A DNA stretch of 64,000 bases from an uncultured virus (IMG/VR IMGVR_UViG_3300036985_007154). Its lineage: Duplodnaviria > Heunggongvirae > Uroviricota > Caudoviricetes. Shown here piece after piece: positions 35,042 through 45,410 of the stretch; position 1 is the stretch's first letter, and the number at the start of each line of letters is the position of its first letter. Location: IMG/VR virus record IMGVR_UViG_3300036985_007154. One strand, 5' to 3'. Below the pieces are notes generated by a model, which did not search any database, was not told the DNA's origin, and saw only the letters and a list, made by a program, of their open reading frames with translations. Position numbers and translations under genes: made by a program.

Positions 35042-36540
35042 TTTGTATTTACGATTGAAAATGTTAATTGTCTCTTATAAGTATCTTTTTCTCCTGAAGT
35101 GTTCACTTGAATATCAACAAAATATTGATTTGGTATTTTATCTCTCATATCGAATATGAAGTAATACTCATTTGGTGTTCTGTTCAATGGTGTCCAATCT
35201 TGTACTAGGACTTCTGTTGTACCTTCTGTAACATAAACTCTGTAGAACCCTGAAACATCCAATAGAAGTACTTGTCCTGTGTAAGCCTTTTTGATTGTAA
35301 CACCAACCTTACGAATGTCTGTATTAAGAATTTGTTCATTTTGTAAGATACCGTAGAAATTAAATCCGAATATTTGAGGGTCCTTGGATACCGAACCAAT
35401 TTGAATACCTGAGGTATATGGTTGTAATGTAAATTGATTTGTTACGTTAGGTACTGATTGTCCATTGATTGTAAGACCAGACCATACATCGTAAAATACG
35501 CATGGTGTTGGATAGTTAGCAAATCCATTAGGTACTGTAACCTCGTATATTCCCTTAGTTTTAAGACAAGTACTTAATGAAGTCATTCCAGTTACTGCAA
35601 CACCATTTCTATCTTCAATTCTGACAAAAGGGTCTGAATCGAGATTAACAAAATCACCATTTTGATAAACATATAAGAATAACTTATTTTCCTGATTTTT
35701 TAAGAATAAATTTCTATCGTCTTCTACTAAATCGTTGTAATTTGTTAAAAGATAGGGTTGATAAAATGTTTGAGTGTGTCTTGAGAAAAATGCAACACTA
35801 TAACTTTCTGTTAGACCAGTAATATTTTCTATTTGTGGTAAATACGATATTCCATAACCTGTGACGCCAGTGATAGACCCATTTAATATACCGTTGATTT
35901 CATTGGTCATATTCATATTCAAGTCTTCGTTTCCGAGTTCGAAATGTTGTCTTGCGACGATGGTCAAACCTGAATAGTTTACAGACCCTTCATTCTTATT
36001 GTTGTAGATACCATTTTGAGACCATCCAGAGAGAGTTGTCGTTTGATACCAGTTAGATGGTCGTGTAGAATATGCTCGACTGTCAACGTACGTTAAAGGG
36101 GAAATTCCACCATTCGCGCTATTTTGTGCAATGTTAAAATCATTGTAGTCATATCCAACACCTTCATCCCAATATTGTGGGTTACCAGTGGTTCCTGAAA
36201 ACTTAGGGATTCTCCATAATATTAAGTCGAACGAGGTCGCTCTTCTTCTTTCGTTTGACATGAATGAATTTAATAATTCATTATCAAATGATGACGTATT
36301 TGTCATTTGGAGAGTGTGTGTCATTGCTGAAGTACACCCTGTTGATATAACACCTGATGCAATGTTTTCTTCTAATAAAGATAAATCTAAATCAAAGATA
36401 AATCTTGTGAAACCAAAGTTTGGGACAATTAAATCCGAAGCACCAAAATTCAACTCAATTACAGGGTTTCTACCCGTATTGACATATGAGTTTGAAATGA
36501 TGGTATTGTTTTTATTTATATAAGACCTTAAGATTGACAT
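35038..36540 (-). CDS. putative structural protein (beta-rich)
   Basis: 500-aa N/T/S/G-rich ORF next to the baseplate-like gene. Confidence 0.7.
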   Translation of the reverse strand: MSILRSYINKNNTIISNSYVNTGRNPVIELNFGASDLIVPNFGFTRFIFDLDLSLLEENIASGVISTGCTSAMTHTLQMTNTSSFDNELLNSFMSNERRRATSFDLILWRIPKFSGTTGNPQYWDEGVGYDYNDFNIAQNSANGGISPLTYVDSRAYSTRPSNWYQTTTLSGWSQNGIYNNKNEGSVNYSGLTIVARQHFELGNEDLNMNMTNEINGILNGSITGVTGYGISYLPQIENITGLTESYSVAFFSRHTQTFYQPYLLTNYNDLVEDDRNLFLKNQENKLFLYVYQNGDFVNLDSDPFVRIEDRNGVAVTGMTSLSTCLKTKGIYEVTVPNGFANYPTPCVFYDVWSGLTINGQSVPNVTNQFTLQPYTSGIQIGSVSKDPQIFGFNFYGILQNEQILNTDIRKVGVTIKKAYTGQVLLLDVSGFYRVYVTEGTTEVLVQDWTPLNRTPNEYYFIFDMRDKIPNQYFVDIQVNTSGEKDTYKRQLTFSIVNTK

Positions 36541-36561
36541 TTATCTTTTAACTAATAAATA

Positions 36562-38097
36562 TCAATTAAGTCTAATATTTTTACTTAGAATTTTGTTGAC
36601 CGCATTATTGAGCTCGGTTAGAATTGTTTGTGTGTTTGTTCCTTCTTGAGTTACGGGTACTGGCGGGAGGCCTGGATATGCGTGAGTGTGAGTTACCAAG
36701 AATTTCACAATTAAATTAATTAATTCTAAAAGTTCCTCCCCTCTAACCATACTTGAAGTTTTTGGCAATAATTCCTTTGTAAATTTCTCAGGGCTTATAC
36801 CATACAAAGTATCATCAAAGTTTATTTTACCCTTACCTGGAATCTGTGAGTTATGTGATACCAAGAATAAGACATCACTTCCCAAAGCTCCATATGAAGA
36901 TTCTTGATTAATATACTTTTGTTGTGGAACTACAAATTTTTTCGGAGTTCTTGGAGTCCCAACTTTTCCTTTTGCATAAATTAAACCATAACCACCTCTT
37001 AAGGCCGGATCTAATTTAATTCCCTTATAAACGTCACTGATGTTACTAATTTCTATTGCTGTTGCTGATGAACCTAATGGTGTTGATGGATTCAATTTTG
37101 AATACATCAGTGAGCTAGGTCGATAATAAATTGGAAATTTATTATCTGCGTTGTTATCGTTAAATAACCTCACACCACTTTTGGTAACATCACTATCATT
37201 ACAAGTTTTTATAAAGTTATTTATAAATTTGATTGTTTCTGTTTTGGACAACATTGCGAATGATTCGATTGCAACCAATTTTTTAAGGTTTTCTGAAATT
37301 TCACTGTCGACTGAAATAAATTGGGAATTTACGGTAACATTTGGTTTTAACTGATACAAATAAACCGATCCAAAGAATTTATCTTGAGTATTTTCAGGAT
37401 TTGTAAGAACCCATTCAATTAAATATTTTGTAAGTAAAACATCTTCTTGTAGTTCGTAAACAACTTTTGGTTCTAATTTTTGTAGTGTACTTTGAAACTT
37501 GGATAGTTGTAAAAATCCTCTTTGTTGGTTAGCAACAGGTATTACATTTGGTTGTAATTGTTCTCCTTTGAATTTACCTGCTCTAATTAATACTTCGTCT
37601 TGTTTTACAATAACATCAGCACTACCTCTACCCATTAAAGCATTATCTCCTGGCTGTGGAAACACACCTTTATGAACTGATTGGTCAGTAAATGTTCCAT
37701 CTTGATTTTTTAATGGTTTAGGGTTTTTGATTTGCATACCTGTACCCGTGAATTTATTTCCACCGTAATAATATTCTTTAAAGGTTGCGGTCGGACTTGA
37801 AAAAGTATTTTGAACGTAGTATTGGTTTTGGTATTGAAAATCTTTGTTGACATAAATTACTTGAACTAACTCATCAACCTTTGGTACTGAATACACAAAG
37901 TATGGTAGTAATGCATTAAAAATAAATGGGTCTCTTGAAGTCCAAATGTCTTTTTCTTCATTCCATGGGGGGTCACTAACACTTTTTAAAATATCATCAT
38001 AGTTGTCTATAAGACGAATACCCCTAATACGACCTAACATCATTGGGTCTTCGGTATTTAACACTTTGCATTGAAAAAATATTGAGTTATTTTTCAT
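36562..38097 (-). CDS. baseplate spike/hub-like protein (gp5-type OB-fold N-terminus)
   Basis: N-terminal VLNTEDPMMLGRIR...PKVDELV; C-terminal RGEEL...HTH. Confidence 0.6.
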   Translation of the reverse strand: MKNNSIFFQCKVLNTEDPMMLGRIRGIRLIDNYDDILKSVSDPPWNEEKDIWTSRDPFIFNALLPYFVYSVPKVDELVQVIYVNKDFQYQNQYYVQNTFSSPTATFKEYYYGGNKFTGTGMQIKNPKPLKNQDGTFTDQSVHKGVFPQPGDNALMGRGSADVIVKQDEVLIRAGKFKGEQLQPNVIPVANQQRGFLQLSKFQSTLQKLEPKVVYELQEDVLLTKYLIEWVLTNPENTQDKFFGSVYLYQLKPNVTVNSQFISVDSEISENLKKLVAIESFAMLSKTETIKFINNFIKTCNDSDVTKSGVRLFNDNNADNKFPIYYRPSSLMYSKLNPSTPLGSSATAIEISNISDVYKGIKLDPALRGGYGLIYAKGKVGTPRTPKKFVVPQQKYINQESSYGALGSDVLFLVSHNSQIPGKGKINFDDTLYGISPEKFTKELLPKTSSMVRGEELLELINLIVKFLVTHTHAYPGLPPVPVTQEGTNTQTILTELNNAVNKILSKNIRLN

Positions 38098-38296
38098 TTC
38101 TATCTTGATAAACTTTTAATACCCTATTATACAATTCTTCAATACTATCTAAATAAAGAGTACTTTTAATTATAGATTCTTTTGTAAAATCAAAGTCTGA
38201 CGATAATAAATCCAAATATTCTACCAATTTTGTGTTAGGTAAATCTTTTAGACTTAATTGACAATCCAATATTTCCTTAAATTTTTCGTCTTTCAT
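38087..38296 (-). CDS. small hypothetical protein
   Basis: Coupled ORF. Confidence 0.7.
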   Translation of the reverse strand: MKDEKFKEILDCQLSLKDLPNTKLVEYLDLLSSDFDFTKESIIKSTLYLDSIEELYNRVLKVYQDRNEK

Positions 38297-38298
38297 TA

Positions 38299-40389
38299 TC
38301 ACATTTTTTTACCTACTATCAATAATCCTCCAGACCTCGGATCAGGCGTGGCAACAGTAAATCCATTTTCTGCCTCTTCTTTATCATTTGCTCTATTAAC
38401 TATTAAACTATATAGCCCCATTAAGTTTGGAGAGCCATCTGGTAATGTACCTGTTGGAATTCCTACCGCTTGTAATCCCTCAATCGCATTTATTGTTGCC
38501 CTTTCAGGTGAAGTCCCTGGCAATAAATTCGACAAAACCAATAAAGGTAATGGAATTGAAACAGGGAATGCTTGTCCAATTAAATTCAATAAAAGTAATA
38601 TGTTGTCCAATAAACTTTTACATTTTCGATAATCATTTACTAACTGAGATAAGACTATTGCAATTTGTACTAATCTAAGTATCATTGCATATTTTTTTAA
38701 TTTTGCAGATCGGTTAACATCAAGAATTATACTAGAAACCAAATTCACAATGTCTTTCTTCAATATCTCATATAAAACTTGAAGGAACTCAGCATTTATT
38801 TGAGAAATTACTTGGATTGCAAAGGTTTTATATTTTTTTAAAAAGTCCTCACCGCTATTTACAATATTACTACCTTGAGCTCCAAGGTCGGCGGCTTGGT
38901 TTCCAAATGATGTTATTGGCTCTGTAGTTGCGTTGATTTCTGTTACCGCTTGGTTATAAGTGTATGTTGCTCCAGATTGCACCACGGACAGAAGTGTATA
39001 AAGTGGTAATAAATTCTTAGGTGTTAATACTGACGCTGCGACCGCTAAAGGTATTTTTTTTATTACACTTTTATCTATTGAAACTTTTACATTAAGGTTT
39101 GCGGGTGATGTTATAGCCCAATCAGGATTGTTAGATATAGAATCAATAATTTGTCCAAGAATTTCAACTTGTTGTTCTACGGTATTACCACTTTCAGTAT
39201 TTCTAAAATCAATTAATTCGTCAATTAAAACTTCAGAATTTACAGGAAGTTTTATGTTATCACAATCCTCAAATTCCATAATACCATTTTGAACATTTGA
39301 AATTTCAATATCGATATTTCTTAAATCAATTTCATTAAGTTCAAAAAATGAATCATCAACACCATCTAATTCGGCAACTTTAGCAACTCCACTTACGTCT
39401 ATTTCTCTCCTGTCGTCAAAACATAAACCGAGAATTCTTTGGGCTATTAGGGCAAATCTAGATTGGTTATTTATTTCTCCAAATCCAACTTGAGCACTGT
39501 AATTAATTGCCCCTGAAATAATGTTAACAATTTGAGCCCCAATATTAACCGAATCTACTATTTTAATTGTACTATAATAGTCGGAAATAAACTCCCCAAC
39601 GTTGTTTGTTATGTTACCGGTTCCGTCTTCTCTATCAATAAGAAAAACTCTATAATAATCACCGGTAACACCAAAACTATTGTTATTAGTGTATTGTAAA
39701 TCAAAAAGGTCTTGCCCTGATTTCCCTAAATAATTTTTTCCAATTATTTGATTATATGACCTCCCAGCATTGTCGGAAGTCATCATATTAAATAATTGTT
39801 TATTCATCGGAAATGGTTCAGGTCCCCCATAAGGTCGGAATATCGAATCTGCAGATGGGTCTGGTCTTTCGTAATAGATTTTACCAAAATCGGTTTCTGG
39901 TGATTGTTTCAGATTTGAAAAAAAATCTAACGAATTGACTGGTATATATATTCCTTCTTGTTGAGGTCTTAGTGGAATTGGTTGAAGAGACAAACTTTCT
40001 GCAGATACACCATTATAGGTTTGTTCAATAGAACACCCAAGAGCGTTTATTGTTTCTTTTTTTAAAATACCCACCATTTTGGGTTCGATTTGCACCGCGG
40101 CCTCTAATATTTTTGTTCTAAGATATTTTAGAGTCGAACTTCCATTACCTTGAGTTTGTCCCAAAAACCCCAATAGTTGGTCCATTGAATTTGGAGGGTC
40201 CCTTTGAAATCTTTTTTGAAACCCACTTATTTTATCAAGTTGGCTGGAAATTTGAGAAGTTGCTTCAGATGCGGAATTACCCAATTTACCTAATAAACCT
40301 TTTTCAGAAGTAGATACTTCTCTATAGGTTTTATAGGCGTCAATTTTACTTTGAATCGATTGCTGAGTTGAATTTATATCTAATGGCAT
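38299..40389 (-). CDS. large hypothetical structural protein
   Basis: 696-aa ORF. Confidence 0.8.
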   Translation of the reverse strand: MPLDINSTQQSIQSKIDAYKTYREVSTSEKGLLGKLGNSASEATSQISSQLDKISGFQKRFQRDPPNSMDQLLGFLGQTQGNGSSTLKYLRTKILEAAVQIEPKMVGILKKETINALGCSIEQTYNGVSAESLSLQPIPLRPQQEGIYIPVNSLDFFSNLKQSPETDFGKIYYERPDPSADSIFRPYGGPEPFPMNKQLFNMMTSDNAGRSYNQIIGKNYLGKSGQDLFDLQYTNNNSFGVTGDYYRVFLIDREDGTGNITNNVGEFISDYYSTIKIVDSVNIGAQIVNIISGAINYSAQVGFGEINNQSRFALIAQRILGLCFDDRREIDVSGVAKVAELDGVDDSFFELNEIDLRNIDIEISNVQNGIMEFEDCDNIKLPVNSEVLIDELIDFRNTESGNTVEQQVEILGQIIDSISNNPDWAITSPANLNVKVSIDKSVIKKIPLAVAASVLTPKNLLPLYTLLSVVQSGATYTYNQAVTEINATTEPITSFGNQAADLGAQGSNIVNSGEDFLKKYKTFAIQVISQINAEFLQVLYEILKKDIVNLVSSIILDVNRSAKLKKYAMILRLVQIAIVLSQLVNDYRKCKSLLDNILLLLNLIGQAFPVSIPLPLLVLSNLLPGTSPERATINAIEGLQAVGIPTGTLPDGSPNLMGLYSLIVNRANDKEEAENGFTVATPDPRSGGLLIVGKKM

Positions 40390-40392
40390 AGT

Positions 40393-40761
40393 TTATCTCA
40401 TTTTATATGATTCCTCATCTTTGGAAACATCTTTTTCAATGAGATTCTGTATCAAATCATCGTCTAAATCTGCAAGAGAGAATGATTCCTCTTTGTTGTT
40501 GTTTGATTTCTCCCAAATACCTGACTGTAGTTTTGATAAACTAATTTTTTTCTCCACACAATCGTTTACAATTTTTTGTTGTTTTTCGATTACAGGACCA
40601 ATAGTAGTCATGTCGGATGGGTCTTTTAATAACGCCAACATTTTATTTTGAATTCTAATTGCAGTCTGTCTTTGCTCAACAAGTTCATTATAAATTTCTT
40701 GCATGAGTGATAATATAGAATCTTTAGTGAAATTAATTTCTTTTCTTTGAGGTCTCGGCAT
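40393..40761 (-). CDS. hypothetical coiled-coil protein
   Basis: ATG 3 nt after TATTTATA. Confidence 0.8.
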   Translation of the reverse strand: MPRPQRKEINFTKDSILSLMQEIYNELVEQRQTAIRIQNKMLALLKDPSDMTTIGPVIEKQQKIVNDCVEKKISLSKLQSGIWEKSNNNKEESFSLADLDDDLIQNLIEKDVSKDEESYKMR

Positions 40762-40780
40762 ATCTATAAATACTTTTTTA

Positions 40781-41527
40781 TCAGTTTTTGATTTTCGATT
40801 GAATTACGAGGTACAATTTTTTGAACCTTTTTATAGAACTACGTATTTCTTTTGTACTCAAATTAGTCATTTCTCTTAAAGATAAGAGAATTACGTTTTT
40901 GTTGAATTTATTATTATCCGTACCTGAGAATATTGATTCGTAATTATCAAACAAATCAATTAGTGCGTAACCTAATTTCTTTTCATTATCGTTTAGTTGT
41001 TCTGATTCGATATAATCTTTTAACTCCTCCAAATATTTATTGATAACATAATCAGTTTCAATAATATCGTCATCTATTCGATAAGACATATCAGGTCTTT
41101 CTTCAAGACTTGATGAAATATCTTCATATGATATTTTTCTATTAGTTTCTTTTTGGTCTTTTATAATCTGTCCCATAAGATAATTTTTACAGATAGTACC
41201 AAAATAAGAATAAGCCTTTTTATTTTTATCTGGCTTAAACTTATCAACCTTAGTCATGAGAAAGGAATGAGTATCTGTATGAATTTCCTCAAAATTCATA
41301 TCTTTACGATATAACTTGTATCGTCGTATAATTGAGGAAATCATTTTATCTAAAGGTAATTTCAAAAATTGATTATAAATTTTATTTTTTTCGTATGAAG
41401 TTTCGGCAATTAGAAATTTTCTAACCGCCTCCTCTTCTCTTACATCAAAATAATTTTCTTTAACCGCTTTTCTACCTCGTTTTTTTGATAAAACATCCTC
41501 TGTTACAGCAGAGAGTGATTCTTGCAT
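40781..41527 (-). CDS. phage sigma factor (T4 gp55-like, late transcription)
   Basis: KFKPDK..KAYSYFGTICKNYL resembles the gp55 region-2 motif. Confidence 0.7.
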   Translation of the reverse strand: MQESLSAVTEDVLSKKRGRKAVKENYFDVREEEAVRKFLIAETSYEKNKIYNQFLKLPLDKMISSIIRRYKLYRKDMNFEEIHTDTHSFLMTKVDKFKPDKNKKAYSYFGTICKNYLMGQIIKDQKETNRKISYEDISSSLEERPDMSYRIDDDIIETDYVINKYLEELKDYIESEQLNDNEKKLGYALIDLFDNYESIFSGTDNNKFNKNVILLSLREMTNLSTKEIRSSIKRFKKLYLVIQSKIKN

Positions 41528-42333
41528 TAAGCATTATCTAATTGATATTTTATGGACCTATCGTCCGTGAAAAAATATTCTCTTTTTGCGGTTTGAATCC
41601 AAAATTTTACTTCATCTTCAATCATTTTGTCTTCACCAAATTTGTAGTTCCAAAAGATGGAACCTTCTCTAAGGTTGACATGCTTGTATCCAAGTCTTGG
41701 TATTGTCATTATTGAGATTGAGTTGTATGTCAGTCTAAGTAAAAATTCATAAATAAATGTCAATTTAACTGATGGTTTGAAGCCTCCAAAATCTTCGATA
41801 ATTGATTTTTTTAATACAGAACCTGCAGTTTGAAAATTTTGATATTCTTGTAGGGTTTCATTAGTTAAAATACCCATTTCTTGTGAAAAGTTTGCCGCGA
41901 AAGTTGCCTCATTTGTAAACCCTGCAAATAATCCCTTCTCATCCGTTTCAACAACCACAGGTAAAAACATTTGAACATCAGGAAATGATTCAACATATTT
42001 TTGAACATTTTTGAACCAAATTGAAGAATATTCGTCATCAAACTCAAAAAGAGAAACCCAAGTTCCCTTTGCGTTTTCGATTCCATAATTTACTTGACTC
42101 GCATAACTTGGGTCTTTGTCCCACAATAATTTTGTGACATTCAAATCCCCAAAATCATAAGAATTTAGATGGTCAATTAAAGATTCTTCTTGTGTATGTA
42201 CGATAACTAATTCTTCGAAACCAACTGTTTGATTTTTTAGAGATGAAATTGCCTTTTCGAAATATTCGTCAAAATCTTTTGCTTTGGAAGATTTTATGGG
42301 AAGTATTACTGATAGTGATAATGTATTATTCAT
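41527..42333 (-). CDS. GT2-family glycosyltransferase
   Basis: LSVILP, NYGIENAKG.W, FEFDD. Confidence 0.8.
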   Translation of the reverse strand: MNNTLSLSVILPIKSSKAKDFDEYFEKAISSLKNQTVGFEELVIVHTQEESLIDHLNSYDFGDLNVTKLLWDKDPSYASQVNYGIENAKGTWVSLFEFDDEYSSIWFKNVQKYVESFPDVQMFLPVVVETDEKGLFAGFTNEATFAANFSQEMGILTNETLQEYQNFQTAGSVLKKSIIEDFGGFKPSVKLTFIYEFLLRLTYNSISIMTIPRLGYKHVNLREGSIFWNYKFGEDKMIEDEVKFWIQTAKREYFFTDDRSIKYQLDNA

Positions 42334-42334
42334 A

Positions 42335-43387
42335 TTATTCTTCTGTTTTGGAAATTTGATTTTCGAATGCATCCGCTCTAGCGGTTAAATAACCATCGAA
42401 TAATGAAACGATAGATGATTCAAACTTTTGTTTATCCGTATATCTTTCAACGGTTTCCTTCATTTTTTCATAGATTTGTGGGTCAATATTATCTTCCAAC
42501 CAATTTTGGGCATAATCCGCAATTAAATCAGGTAATAAAGTTTGATCTGTTACCCAAATACCATTGTCTTCACTCATCCAATCAGGAGATAGGTTTGGAA
42601 CTTTTCCAATGACTGGTACATTTGACTTCATAGATTCCAAAGGAAACGTTCCAAATCCACTGTGGTCATCAATCCAAACACTTAAGAAACAGTCTCTTAA
42701 AGAATTTGCAAATTCTTTTTCTGACAAACCTCTCAAATCTCTAAAAGTAAACCATCTGTATTGTGGAAACTTTAAATAAAATGTTTTAATTATATTAATT
42801 GCATCACTTTGTTCTTTTGTGTGAACACCAATGATTGGCATTGCAGGTGTTGACTTAGGTGTGAATTCCTTACCGATTAAAGGGTCAATAGTATCAAATG
42901 ATACTTGTCTCATAACCCTTTCAATATATTCTTTTTGTTTGCTCGAAGTCGTAATACATTTTAAGAATCCGAATTGATTCCATGTTTGACCTGGTTGTAA
43001 AGTTTCCAACATGTGAGCATATTGTTGAGTTAATACAATTTTAGCACAAGGAAGTTGTTTTACTTGGTCCATAACAAACCCGAATACTTCAGGGATAACT
43101 AAAAAATCTTCAGGTGAAATTTCTAAATTTTGACCTTCGATTGCTCTGTGAGGTAATGACATATATTCTTCATCCAACCATGCGACAACACCTGCATAGT
43201 CAGGTTTTTCGTGAAGTATAATTGGATTAAATCCATTGTCTTTTAATGTTTTCGCCATTTGATATATGAGTCTTACAGATGCCTTTGCGTTACCTTTAGT
43301 ATCTTGAACTAAAAAATATATTCTGGCTTGTTTTTCTCTTAGTATCGTAATGGATTGTTTTACTTTGTCTTGAAGTTGGTTTTCCAT
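42335..43387 (-). CDS. GT-B (GT4-like) glycosyltransferase
   Basis: GFGTFPLESM...PVIG motif. Confidence 0.75.
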   Translation of the reverse strand: MENQLQDKVKQSITILREKQARIYFLVQDTKGNAKASVRLIYQMAKTLKDNGFNPIILHEKPDYAGVVAWLDEEYMSLPHRAIEGQNLEISPEDFLVIPEVFGFVMDQVKQLPCAKIVLTQQYAHMLETLQPGQTWNQFGFLKCITTSSKQKEYIERVMRQVSFDTIDPLIGKEFTPKSTPAMPIIGVHTKEQSDAINIIKTFYLKFPQYRWFTFRDLRGLSEKEFANSLRDCFLSVWIDDHSGFGTFPLESMKSNVPVIGKVPNLSPDWMSEDNGIWVTDQTLLPDLIADYAQNWLEDNIDPQIYEKMKETVERYTDKQKFESSIVSLFDGYLTARADAFENQISKTEE

Positions 43388-43388
43388 A

Positions 43389-43673
43389 TTAATAATGATT
43401 GATAAGTTTTTTATTTAATAAACTATTAAACGCGATTTTGAATGGGATACTTACATTAGAGTTTGACTTCATACCAAGCTTTTCGTCTACGACTTCTTGC
43501 TCGTTAAGGACCGTGTCTAACAACAACTTAACCATTTCAAATTTAATAATGTTAATTTTTGTTTCTGTTACTCCTGATTCTGAATCAGATGAATCTTCAT
43601 CATGGATCATATCAAGGTAGCTTTCAATTTCATCTAAGTCGATAAAATAATTTTCTCCTAATACTTGTATCAT
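43389..43673 (-). CDS. hypothetical protein
   Basis: Coupled ORF. Confidence 0.75.
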   Translation of the reverse strand: MIQVLGENYFIDLDEIESYLDMIHDEDSSDSESGVTETKINIIKFEMVKLLLDTVLNEQEVVDEKLGMKSNSNVSIPFKIAFNSLLNKKLINHY

Positions 43674-44269
43674 GTTATTTCTTGTATTTTTGTTTTTAAC
43701 TCCTTAAGACTTGAAATATTAAAATCGGATTCAATGTCTTCGTTATATATTGTATTGAATTTAATCACCATTTTGTTTTTTGGATAATTCAATAATAGTT
43801 TAGGATTAGCGGTAAGTAAAATGTCTACAGAATCCCACAATGAATTAACTGTACTTTCACTATAAAATTTTACAGTTTCAACTAAACAACCAAACTTAGA
43901 AATGAAAAATAATGACGCAGGTTTTGATTTACCTATTTCATCCGAAACAACAATAATGTCATGAGATTCTCTCATGTCTAAGTAAAATTCATTTAATTCT
44001 ACAAGACCTGAAGGTTCCACAGAACCAGCATGTCCGAAAATTTCCATAGTATGTTCCTTATATAGAAAATCATATAATTCATTTTCACTCCTAAATTTCA
44101 AATGATTCGAAATGTTTAATGTGGTTAGTTCAGATAAAACCTCATATTTAAAATCATCTTCTTCATTTTCATCACGAAATGGATTATTAAGATACCATTT
44201 CTCATACTCTTGTTGTATTTTTTTTAGAGTATCTCTTAAAACTCCATTTAGCTCAATTCCAATTCTCAT
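43670..44269 (-). CDS. HAD-fold 5'(3')-deoxyribonucleotidase-like protein with an altered motif I
   Basis: MRIGIELNGVLRD (ExN in place of DxD). Confidence 0.6.
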   Translation of the reverse strand: MRIGIELNGVLRDTLKKIQQEYEKWYLNNPFRDENEEDDFKYEVLSELTTLNISNHLKFRSENELYDFLYKEHTMEIFGHAGSVEPSGLVELNEFYLDMRESHDIIVVSDEIGKSKPASLFFISKFGCLVETVKFYSESTVNSLWDSVDILLTANPKLLLNYPKNKMVIKFNTIYNEDIESDFNISSLKELKTKIQEIT

Positions 44270-45000
44270 TCTTCGTACTTTTCTAATATTTTAGATATTA
44301 ATTGATTTCTAACAATATCTGTAGACTTGAATTCAAAAACACCAATATCATTCATATTTTGAAATTTCTTAAGAGCGTCCCAAAGGCCTGTTTGTGTTTT
44401 GTCTTTGTGCCTATCAAATTGTTCCAAATCTCCTGATATAAAAAATTTTGAGTTAAATCCTATTCTAGTTAATAACAATTTCATTTGACTTGGAGTTGAA
44501 TTTTGAGCTTCCTCAAAAATCAAAATTGAATTGTCAATATTCATACCTCTCATGTACGCTAATGCAAATACTTCTATTGCCTCAATTTCCTTTAATTTTT
44601 CTCTAATGTCTTTACCAATTATTTTATTTAATAAATAATATGATGGAAAAATATATGGATCGAGTTTTTCTTCAACACCTCCAGGTAAACTACCCAATTT
44701 TTCTTCAGCCTCAACAGCAGGTCTTACAATTATAATTTTTTCGTAAGGAGTATTTGGGTCTGATAACAAATCAACCGCGCATTTCATTGCGATATAACTC
44801 TTTCCAACACCAGCCGGACCTGAACAAATAGTAATTTGGTTATTGACTAATTTTTCATAATATTCTTTTTGACTTTCAGATAAGAATTTTTCTTTTGTTT
44901 TTCGTTTAATTATTGAACAGATTTGTTGTTTTTTATTTTTGATGGGAACTTCTTCATTAGTGAAAGTTGCCGTTGGTTTTGGTTTTGTTGGTCTACCCAT
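44266..45000 (-). CDS. phoH: PhoH-family ATPase
   Basis: GPAGVGKS, LGSLPG, YMRG, EEAQN, TRIG, GD..Q. Confidence 0.95.
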   Translation of the reverse strand: MGRPTKPKPTATFTNEEVPIKNKKQQICSIIKRKTKEKFLSESQKEYYEKLVNNQITICSGPAGVGKSYIAMKCAVDLLSDPNTPYEKIIIVRPAVEAEEKLGSLPGGVEEKLDPYIFPSYYLLNKIIGKDIREKLKEIEAIEVFALAYMRGMNIDNSILIFEEAQNSTPSQMKLLLTRIGFNSKFFISGDLEQFDRHKDKTQTGLWDALKKFQNMNDIGVFEFKSTDIVRNQLISKILEKYEE

Positions 45001-45028
45001 TTTTTGTAATTTAATCTTAGTTTGAGAC

Positions 45029-45409
45029 TTAGTAAGGTTTATAATCTTTCACTTCTCTAATTTTGGACAATGTAATTAAGTTAATTTCATTTTTTAATCT
45101 AAATCTTTCGTCATTTGTGTAATAAACTTTTCTTGCCAATTCGATAAATTCTTGGTCAAATTTTTTCTCCGACTCAAAAACTCTCAATTTATCTTCTACA
45201 TCCCATAGTTTTTCATTTATATTACACAATTGATGATATAATAATTCAATTTCAGAAGAATTTAGATAAACTGATGATAAATTGTAAAGTAATTCAAATT
45301 CTTTATTAACTATTACTAATTTTTCTTCATTAGTTATTTTGATGCTTTTTACATGCAAGATTGACAATTTATCAATTAATTCTCCGATACTTACTGGAAT
45401 TGTAACCAT
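45029..45409 (-). CDS. DUF6165-like protein
   Basis: PVSIGELIDKLSIL...LARKVYYTNDER. Confidence 0.8.
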   Translation of the reverse strand: MVTIPVSIGELIDKLSILHVKSIKITNEEKLVIVNKEFELLYNLSSVYLNSSEIELLYHQLCNINEKLWDVEDKLRVFESEKKFDQEFIELARKVYYTNDERFRLKNEINLITLSKIREVKDYKPY

Positions 45410-45410
45410 A

